From the NCBI GenBank assembly GCA_964522265.1, contig CAZFVS010000002.1, forward strand, positions 5,577 to 34,982: a DNA stretch of 29,406 nt. The letters run 5' to 3'. The notes under the pieces were generated by a model that was not told the DNA's origin, made no database searches, and saw only the letters and a list, made by a program, of their open reading frames with translations. The translations under genes were made by a program, and so were the position numbers. The number at the start of each line of letters is the position of its first letter. Within the stretch, counting starts at the first letter, position 1. Source of the DNA: an uncultured Gammaproteobacteria bacterium. GTDB taxonomy: Bacteria > Patescibacteriota > Microgenomatia > Daviesbacterales > UBA10151. This document shows positions 8,083 through 13,658 of this stretch, piece after piece.

Positions 8083-8328
8083 ATGTCCACACCTACTCAT
8101 ATTTTAAAAAACACACTTTTTTATACTGTTTTTGACACTATAAACCCAAAGAGTGACGGGTCAAATACCATTTCTAGGCACGATGTGACGGGTGAATCTC
8201 TTTATGTCTATCTTTTTTATAATCAGCCTTCATGGGAAAGAAAAGACATTGACTTCCTTTTCTGTCACTCAGGCACATTGACCCGTCACAACCATTCACA
8301 ATCAAGGCGGAAAGGGAATATTGAGTGA
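8083..8328 (+). CDS. doubtful 81-aa ORF overlapping the iteron-like repeat cluster
   Basis: The ATG lies 1 nt after the helicase stop. The sequence is low-complexity and is packed with repeated GTGAC motifs, so it may be non-coding origin or operator DNA. Confidence 0.25.
   Translation: MSTPTHILKNTLFYTVFDTINPKSDGSNTISRHDVTGESLYVYLFYNQPSWERKDIDFLFCHSGTLTRHNHSQSRRKGNIE
8131..8295. repeat. iteron-like repeat cluster (candidate origin or operator)
   Basis: GTGACGGGTCAA at 8153-8164 and GTGACGGGTGAA at 8185-8196 are direct copies 32 nt apart. The exact inverted copy TTGACCCGTCAC sits at 8278-8289. An extra GAGTGAC half-site is inverted at 8264-8270. An AT-rich tract at 8197-8226 lies between them. 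Confidence 0.45.
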
Positions 8329-8486
8329 GTAAATTAATTAACAAAAATCCTACAGCCTTGGTACGTATAGATGCCGAGCTGCATAGATTGTTAAAAATAA
8401 AAGCAGCAGCCGAGAAAACTACTATAAGGACTCTTATTGAGGGTGTTTTAGCAGAGCTGCTATCTGTAGAGGGAGGCAAGGAATGA
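8325..8486 (+). CDS. ribbon-helix-helix (CopG/Arc-like) DNA-binding protein, 53 aa, GTG start
   Basis: Absent from the ORF track because it is under 60 aa. Hand translation gives (V)SKLINKNPTALVRIDAELHRLLKIKAAAEKTTIRTLIEGVLAELLSVEGGKE, with the RHH beta-strand plus two-helix pattern. A GGAAAGGGA SD-like sequence lies upstream. Its stop overlaps the next ATG (ATGA). Confidence 0.6.
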   Translation: MSKLINKNPTALVRIDAELHRLLKIKAAAEKTTIRTLIEGVLAELLSVEGGKE

Positions 8487-8686
8487 TAACCGTTGATGAG
8501 ATGATGAAATTAGAAAAATGCCCCTGTGATATGTGTAGCAGCCAAGATGACGAAAATGACCTATTGGAGAGGCAAAAAATGGATGAAATTTGTAACATCT
8601 ACTCAAATTATTTGATAGATTACTTAATAGAAAATCATAAAAAAGATATATTGAAACAAACAAATAAAGAGAATAAAGTGAAGTAA
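8483..8686 (+). CDS. hypothetical small protein (CxC...C motif)
   Basis: Preceded by a GGGAGG SD. Translationally coupled to both the RHH gene and the recombinase gene. Confidence 0.45.
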   Translation: MITVDEMMKLEKCPCDMCSSQDDENDLLERQKMDEICNIYSNYLIDYLIENHKKDILKQTNKENKVK

Positions 8687-8688
8687 TA

Positions 8689-10422
8689 ATGGAACTTCAG
8701 AAATTATACGGAATAACCATTGGTAGAGTTTCCACCCCAAAACAAGACGTATTTGGCGATAGTTTGGATGACCAAGAGAAAACTATCCAATTGGCTATTC
8801 AACGCACAGAAATACAGTTCAACTGCAAAATAGTAATAGATAAATCTTTTGATTTTACCGAGTCTGCAAGCGTAGCTTTGGTTCTACAACCACTTCAGAA
8901 AGTTATTGAATATTGTAAAAAGTCACCTAAAAAGATTAAATTTGCATTTATTAAGAGCATTGACAGAGGCACAAGAGCCGGAGCAATCATTTATGGATTG
9001 TTAAAAACTAGCCTTGCTGAAATAGGAGTAATGCTTATTGATACATATGGAATAATTGGTACGCAAACCGTGAATACTTTGGAACATTTAGGTGAAAAGT
9101 ACTCATGGTCTGAATATAGTCCAACTTGGATATCAGAACTTCTTGAAGCAGAAAGAGCTAAATCTGAGGTAAGGGATATACAAACTAGGATGATTGGTGC
9201 GGCAATTAGATATATTAGGCTTGGATATTGGAGAGGATCAACACCTATTGGTTTCGCCGCAATTAAGATTGATACACCTCATGGTAAAAGATTTGTTTTA
9301 AGACCCCACCCAGATGAAGCCAAATGGATCATAAGAATGTTTGAACTTAGAACACAAGGTAAAACCGATCAAGATATTGTTAAGGAGGTAAACAAAATGG
9401 GGTTTGTCACCAGAAAAAGGTATTACCGCGATAAGGAGGATAGGTCAAAAATAGTTAAAGTTATGGGTAGCAGTAAACTCAATATAAAAAGGTTGCTCAA
9501 ATATATTCAAACTCCCCTGTATGCAGGAGTTAACGATGAAAAATGGACACAAGGTCATCCAGTTAAATTACATGAAGGTGGAATAGTAACAATAGATTTA
9601 TTTAACAAAGCTAACAGAGGAAAAATCACTATTATTGAAGAAGAAGGGTTAGCCAAAATCTATAAAGGTAAACCACCTGCATGGGCTTTAAAAAAGCACA
9701 AACTTAATCCCCTATACCCTTATAAACAATATGTTCTCTGCCCTATATGTAAACATCAATTGATGGGTAGTGCCTCAAGAGGTAAATCAGGTCAACACTT
9801 CCCAGCATATCATTGTCAAAGGGGTCACAGAAGCTTCAGAGTGCCCCTAAAAGACTTCAATGAAGCAATTACCAATTTTGTTAAGCAGATGAAGTTTAGC
9901 GACAAATTTATTACTCATTTTGAGTTCAGGTTTTTGAAAAACTGGAAAATCAGAATGGAGCAGATAAATACAGATACTATGGATTGGGAACAGTTTATTA
10001 TTGACCTCAGAGGCAAAAGAAAAGCAATAAGCGACAGAATAAATACATTAAGCTACGCACCTCTCGTTCAGGAAGCAGAAACAGAAATTGAAGGTATAGA
10101 CAAACAGATTGAAGATGCTTTAGGGGAAAGAAATAAAAAAGAGAAAGAAGAGGTTGATGTGCATCTCTTAATGAAAACAGTCAAATATTATATGGAACAC
10201 CTGGAGATTTTGCTGTTACAAAGCCCGGATCCCTTTAAAAGAGCTATACTTTTTAGCTTAGCATTTGAGGTTTTACCAACCTATGAAGAATTAAAGAATG
10301 GAACACCCAAATTATCCCCTCTTTTCAGGCTAAACTATGCTTTCAAACACCGCCAAAGTATGTTATGCGGGACCGACGGGACTCGAACCCGCGACCTCTT
10401 CCGTGACAGGGAAGCGCTCTAA
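8689..10422 (+). CDS. large serine recombinase (integrase)
   Basis: N-terminal resolvase catalytic motif ITIGRVSTPKQD, a recombinase domain, the zinc ribbon CPICKHQL...YHCQRGH, and a coiled-coil (EAETEIEGIDKQIEDALGERNKKEKEE). The last ~18 codons (GTDGTRTRDLFRDREAL) are the antisense of tRNA-Asp. Confidence 0.92.
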   Translation: MELQKLYGITIGRVSTPKQDVFGDSLDDQEKTIQLAIQRTEIQFNCKIVIDKSFDFTESASVALVLQPLQKVIEYCKKSPKKIKFAFIKSIDRGTRAGAIIYGLLKTSLAEIGVMLIDTYGIIGTQTVNTLEHLGEKYSWSEYSPTWISELLEAERAKSEVRDIQTRMIGAAIRYIRLGYWRGSTPIGFAAIKIDTPHGKRFVLRPHPDEAKWIIRMFELRTQGKTDQDIVKEVNKMGFVTRKRYYRDKEDRSKIVKVMGSSKLNIKRLLKYIQTPLYAGVNDEKWTQGHPVKLHEGGIVTIDLFNKANRGKITIIEEEGLAKIYKGKPPAWALKKHKLNPLYPYKQYVLCPICKHQLMGSASRGKSGQHFPAYHCQRGHRSFRVPLKDFNEAITNFVKQMKFSDKFITHFEFRFLKNWKIRMEQINTDTMDWEQFIIDLRGKRKAISDRINTLSYAPLVQEAETEIEGIDKQIEDALGERNKKEKEEVDVHLLMKTVKYYMEHLEILLLQSPDPFKRAILFSLAFEVLPTYEELKNGTPKLSPLFRLNYAFKHRQSMLCGTDGTRTRDLFRDREAL

Positions 10423-10442
10423 CCAGACTGAGCTACGGTCCC
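10368..10442 (-). tRNA. tRNA-Asp (anticodon GUC), no encoded CCA
   Basis: The reverse complement folds as GGGACCG-TA-GCTC..GAGC-G-CTTCC-CTGTCAC-GGAAG-AGGTC-GCGGG-TTCGAGT-CCCGT-CGGTCCC-G, a full cloverleaf. Confidence 0.93.
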
Positions 10443-10472
10443 ATCCCAAAATGAATTCAACAACTGATGAGT

Positions 10473-10501
10473 ATTGTAACAATTGTTTCCCCCCTTGACA
10501 A
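10473..10501 (-). promoter_or_regulatory. promoter for tRNA-Asp: TTGTCA-17-TACAAT
   Basis: Near-consensus hexamers on the minus strand. The -10 ends about 30 nt upstream of the mature tRNA 5' end. Confidence 0.5.
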
Positions 10502-10523
10502 CAACTTATAAATAGGTTAAATA
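10495..10523 (+). promoter_or_regulatory. candidate promoter for the LysM gene: TTGACA-17-TAAATA
   Basis: The consensus -35 TTGACA at 10495-10500 overlaps the -35 of the divergent tRNA promoter. An AGAAGGA SD precedes the GTG at 10563. Confidence 0.4.
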
Positions 10524-10562
10524 AGACTCATCATATTAAATCTGCTCAGAAGGATTTAACAG

Positions 10563-11219
10563 GTGCCAAAAAGAAAACAAACAACAAAACATTCATCAGA
10601 TAAAGAATCCTCTGAAGGTTTTTTTGATAAAATCCAAACGGATCTGGAAAAAAATAACTCATATTTAAATTTAGTATTAGGAACTTTAATTGTAATTGTT
10701 CTGGGAATTTTAATTTTTAATTTCTTCAATAAACCAGAAGGAGATTTGGGACCATCGGGCCAGACAGACGAACAAACTGTCGATGTTAAGAAAGAAGATT
10801 TACCAGGCAAATACACTGTCAAGGAAGGTGATACTCTCTTTTTAATAGCGCAAAATTACTACAAGGACGGATATAAATATCCCAAATTGGTAGAAGCTAA
10901 CAAACTGACTAATGAAAATCAGATTGAGGTGGGTCAGGTTCTGGATATACCAAAACTGGAAGAAACAAACCAAGCATCTAGTAATACTCCCTCTACTCTA
11001 CCAACAAATGATAACGGGACAGGCGGCGCTATAAACCAAACCATCTGGGGCGAGAAAATTACTGGTGAAACATATATTGTTACCAAAGGGGATTGGCTCT
11101 CTAAGATAGCTGGAAGAGCTTACGGGAATATCTATATGTATGACAAAATCGCCAAAGCGAACAACCTGCAAAACCCTGATGCCATTGAAGTTGGCACAAA
11201 CCTCAAAATCCCCAGATAA
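10563..11219 (+). CDS. membrane-anchored protein with two LysM domains
   Basis: TM segment LVLGTLIVIVLGILIFNFF. Two LysM repeats: YTVKEGDTLFLIAQ...VGQVLDIP and YIVTKGDWLSKIAG...VGTNLKIP. Confidence 0.85.
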   Translation: MPKRKQTTKHSSDKESSEGFFDKIQTDLEKNNSYLNLVLGTLIVIVLGILIFNFFNKPEGDLGPSGQTDEQTVDVKKEDLPGKYTVKEGDTLFLIAQNYYKDGYKYPKLVEANKLTNENQIEVGQVLDIPKLEETNQASSNTPSTLPTNDNGTGGAINQTIWGEKITGETYIVTKGDWLSKIAGRAYGNIYMYDKIAKANNLQNPDAIEVGTNLKIPR

Positions 11220-11226
11220 TCTCATT

Positions 11227-11286
11227 GTCATTCCTTTGGATGAAGGAATCAATTTATTCTGTCATTTCGACCGAAGCGGAGAAATC
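11227..11286 (+). repeat. two tandem GTCAT-hairpin repeat units
   Basis: GTCATTCCtttggatgAAGGAATC at 11227-11250 and GTCATTTCgaccgaagcggaGAAATC at 11261-11286. They belong to the same family as the units at 11580-11605, 24723-24747 and 24763-24786. Confidence 0.7.
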
Positions 11287-11292
11287 TCTTTT

Positions 11293-11577
11293 ATGAAAAA
11301 TTGCTATTACATTTATATTTTGGCAAGCGATTCAGGTACTTTATATATTGGAGTAACTAATAATCTTGAACGGAGAGTGTATGAACACAAAAATAGGCTT
11401 ATACACGGCTTTACTAAGAAATATCATTGCCATAAATTAATTTATTTTGAAGAGTATAATTAAGTTTTAACTGCTATAGAAAGAGAAAAACAGCTGAAGA
11501 GATGGAGTAGACAAAAGAAACAAAATCTGATCAATATATTAAATCCTACATGGAAAGATTTAGCACCCAACTTTTAA
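11293..11577 (+). pseudogene. GIY-YIG nuclease family gene (UPF0213/COG2827-like) with an in-frame TAA
   Basis: MKNCYYIYILASDSGTLYIGVTNNLERRVYEHKN...YFEEYN is followed by TAA at 11461-11463. The same frame then continues with the conserved tail VLTAIEREKQLKRWSRQKKQNLINILNPTWKDL. Confidence 0.65.
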
Positions 11578-11579
11578 GG

Positions 11580-11605
11580 GATCCCTCGACTTCGCTCGGG
11601 ATGAC
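11580..11605 (-). repeat. GTCAT-hairpin repeat unit, inverted relative to 11261-11286
   Basis: The minus strand reads GTCATCCCgagcgaagtcgaGGGATC, immediately after the GIY-YIG stop. Confidence 0.7.
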
Positions 11606-11654
11606 ATAAAATATCAAAATTCTCCCGCTTCGCATTTCCCACATCTAAAATTCC

Positions 11655-11690
11655 AAAAAATACCCCTCACTGCAGTGCGGGGTATTTTAA
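11655..11690. terminator. bidirectional intrinsic terminator
   Basis: A 10-bp stem (one mismatch), TACCCCTCAC-tgca-GTGCGGGGTA, is flanked by an A-run on the left and a T-run on the right. It lies between convergent genes. Confidence 0.6.
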
Positions 11691-11745
11691 ATAATTTCTG
11701 AAATTCCTAAATATAGCTATTATTTAGGGTTTCCCCAAGGCTTTT

Positions 11746-12054
11746 TTACTTTAGCCTATTTATTATACGGTCTACAACCTGTGTTTTAGTATTCCATATA
11801 GTAAAAAGCCCTGCACTAAGAGCTATCGCTTCTGGAGCAAATTGCACTTGATGAACCAACGAATCTACGTTGGAAAGTAAAGGAAGCATCCTAAGATAAT
11901 CATAACCTGCATTCAGACCACCTAATGCTGGTCCTGAAGCAACTCCAAATTTTCCAACTTCCCAACCGTAGTGGTTGACTTTATCCACAAACCATCTTAC
12001 ATAACCACCCACAGCTTCACCTGAAAGCTCTACGTCGTTTTCTCTTTCTGCCAA
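11746..12054 (-). CDS. small Gly/Ala/Trp-rich protein with a double-glycine-type leader-like N-terminus
   Basis: TTG start preceded by the strong SD AGGGGGTGA. The N-terminus MAERENDVELSGEAVGG is followed by YVRWFVDKVNHYGWEVGKFGVASGPALGGLNAG... Confidence 0.6.
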   Translation of the reverse strand: MAERENDVELSGEAVGGYVRWFVDKVNHYGWEVGKFGVASGPALGGLNAGYDYLRMLPLLSNVDSLVHQVQFAPEAIALSAGLFTIWNTKTQVVDRIINRLK

Positions 12055-12182
12055 ATTAACTCACCCCCTTTTGTCGCTGTTATTCAAGGCCTTTTGAATA
12101 ATTAATGCGATATTTCATTATTAGAGGTTTTAAGAAAAATTGTCAAGATATCATAAGATATCAAAATAGTATTTTGAGGATT

Positions 12183-12191
12183 TGGTATAAT
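12183..12191 (+). promoter_or_regulatory. extended -10 promoter element TGGTATAAT
   Basis: A perfect TGnTATAAT sits 9-10 nt upstream of position 12201, where the truncated tRNA-Gly 5' copy begins. Confidence 0.5.
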
Positions 12192-12200
12192 GCTCTAAGT

Positions 12201-12220
12201 GCGGTGGTAGTTCAGTGGTA
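12201..12220 (+). repeat. truncated duplicate of the tRNA-Gly 5' end (20 nt, 20/20 identical)
   Basis: GCGGTGGTAGTTCAGTGGTA is identical to 12260-12279. The following 39 nt do not fold as a tRNA. Confidence 0.8.
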
Positions 12221-12259
12221 AGCAGAGCTTGCCCCTAAACTACGTTGATTGATAAATTA

Positions 12260-12334
12260 GCGGTGGTAGTTCAGTGGTAGAATGTCTCCTTCCCAAGGAG
12301 AAGGTCGCCGGTTCGAATCCGGTCCACCGCTCCA
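12260..12334 (+). tRNA. tRNA-Gly (anticodon CCC), CCA encoded
   Basis: GCGGTGG-TA-GTTC..GAAT-G-TCTCC-TTCCCAA-GGAGA-AGGTC-GCCGG-TTCGAAT-CCGGT-CCACCGC-T-CCA. Confidence 0.93.
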
Positions 12335-12445
12335 TAGAGAAAGATCGAACTTTGCATATTTTAGCTTCAAACCGTTGCTAAAATTAGTTAAAATTCAATC
12401 CTATAACCAAGAACCCTAACGAGAATCGAACTAGCCTTAGTCAAG

Positions 12446-12610
12446 CTATTTCTTTTTTTGATCAGACTCTTCAAAACCTCCCATCCAATCAGACCCATAA
12501 GATTCTTGCATAACTGCACTAGCCAGCAAATACACAATTTCTTGTATTTCTCTTAACTTTTCTTCTGAAGTTTTGGGATAATACTTCTTGATTATTTCCA
12601 GTGATAGCAC
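12446..12610 (-). CDS. possible 54-aa ORF, GTG start
   Basis: Below the ORF-track cutoff. The strong SD GGAGGTGA lies 6 nt upstream of the GTG. Translation: (V)LSLEIIKKYYPKTSEEKLREIQEIVYLLASAVMQESYGSDWMGGFEESDQKKK. Confidence 0.35.
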   Translation of the reverse strand: MLSLEIIKKYYPKTSEEKLREIQEIVYLLASAVMQESYGSDWMGGFEESDQKKK

Positions 12611-12704
12611 TATAAATCACCTCCTAACTTTCCTCAGGAAGTAAATTTTATCTGACTATGAGGTTACAATCGTTTTTAGAGCTTGCGTTTGCTATACTTC
12701 ATTT

Positions 12705-13469
12705 ATGGCTCAAAATTTTTATGACAAGGTAGCTAAAAAATTTGGTGGTTATGGATATGGCAATGGTGTTAAACTCCGATATAAAAGTGAGTACCCGGCA
12801 GGTGATCCTGAAAAAGTTTTTAAAGAAAAACTATTGGACTTAAGTTCAAGAGACAAAACAGCATTAGATATTGGCTGTGCTGACGGCAAATTTACTCTTT
12901 CTATTGCTCCCTATTTCAAAAAAGTGTATGGAATTGATATTTCAAAAGAAAACTTGAATGTTGCAAACAGCCACAGAGCTGATGAAAGAAGTAAAAATGT
13001 TGAATATTCTTTTCAAAACGCAAGCCATACTTCGTTTGAGGATTCTTTTTTTGATATAGCCTATTGCAGAAGAGGACCATCTTATTATGAAGAATATCAT
13101 AGAATCCTGAAAGCGAACGGATATTATGTTGAGATTGGAATAGGAGAAATGGATACTATAGAACTAAAGAAGATATTTGGCAGGGGACAAGGTTATGGAA
13201 AATGGGATAGGTCAACATTGGATGAAAACCTAATAAAACTCCAAGCCCTTGGTTTTAAAGTTGTTTTTTCGGAGAATTTTTATCCATTTGAATATTATCC
13301 TTCTTACGGAGAGTTCGATCTATTTCTGCAAAATGTTCCAATTTTTGAAGATTTTGATTCGGAGAAGGATAAAGTACTACTACAAAAGTATGTTGAAAAG
13401 TTTTCAACGGATAAAGGTATTATGCTTTCGCGTCACCGATTGGTAATGGTTTTACAAAAAGTAGCATAA
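12705..13469 (+). CDS. class I SAM-dependent methyltransferase
   Basis: Motif I ALDIGCADGKF, followed by the typical post-I/II layout (VYGIDIS, FDIAYC). Confidence 0.8.
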   Translation: MAQNFYDKVAKKFGGYGYGNGVKLRYKSEYPAGDPEKVFKEKLLDLSSRDKTALDIGCADGKFTLSIAPYFKKVYGIDISKENLNVANSHRADERSKNVEYSFQNASHTSFEDSFFDIAYCRRGPSYYEEYHRILKANGYYVEIGIGEMDTIELKKIFGRGQGYGKWDRSTLDENLIKLQALGFKVVFSENFYPFEYYPSYGEFDLFLQNVPIFEDFDSEKDKVLLQKYVEKFSTDKGIMLSRHRLVMVLQKVA

Positions 13470-13658
13470 TCGACTAGAGCACAGTAAGGAGCTATGCATA
13501 CTTATACAGTTTTTAAACCTAAAGTATAAACTAAATCTGGTAATAGACCGTCAGATAGGAATAATCTGATAAGCTCTGGCAATCTGGCTAAGACCACGTC
13601 AGGAGCTCCAAAAGTGACAGAAATAAACAAAAAATGACAGAAAAGTTACACTAAAGAT

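Larger units (their letters stand above)
1045..10367. mobile_element. integrated prim-pol/helicase/serine-recombinase element next to tRNA-Asp. The right end is at or inside the tRNA; the left end is not defined.
   Basis: A contiguous block of mobile-element genes (XRE, DUF5659-like, prim-pol, D5/P4 helicase, RHH, large serine recombinase, TerS-like) ends at a tRNA gene. No second copy of the tRNA 3' segment was found in the window, so the left boundary is a guess. Confidence 0.6.

Noticed and set aside
11461-11463. Programmed read-through or recoding of the TAA inside the GIY-YIG gene
   Set aside because: No recoding signal was recognised and TAA is not known to be reassigned in this kind of organism. 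A nonsense mutation or a sequencing error is the simpler explanation, so the gene is reported as a pseudogene with that caveat.
12355-12390. Hairpin ATTTTAGC-N11-GCTAAAAT after tRNA-Gly as a terminator
   Set aside because: The stem is AT-only with a large loop and has no clean U-run, so it is too weak to call.
12405-12440. tRNA T-arm-like fragment (GAGAATCGAAC)
   Set aside because: The flanking bases do not form a T stem or an acceptor stem, so this is not a tRNA or a convincing tRNA remnant.
13470-13658. Possible riboswitch (for example c-di-AMP/ydaO type) upstream of the M23 peptidase
   Set aside because: Only short 5-bp hairpins are present and the conserved ydaO core motifs are not. The region is better explained as promoter or operator DNA.
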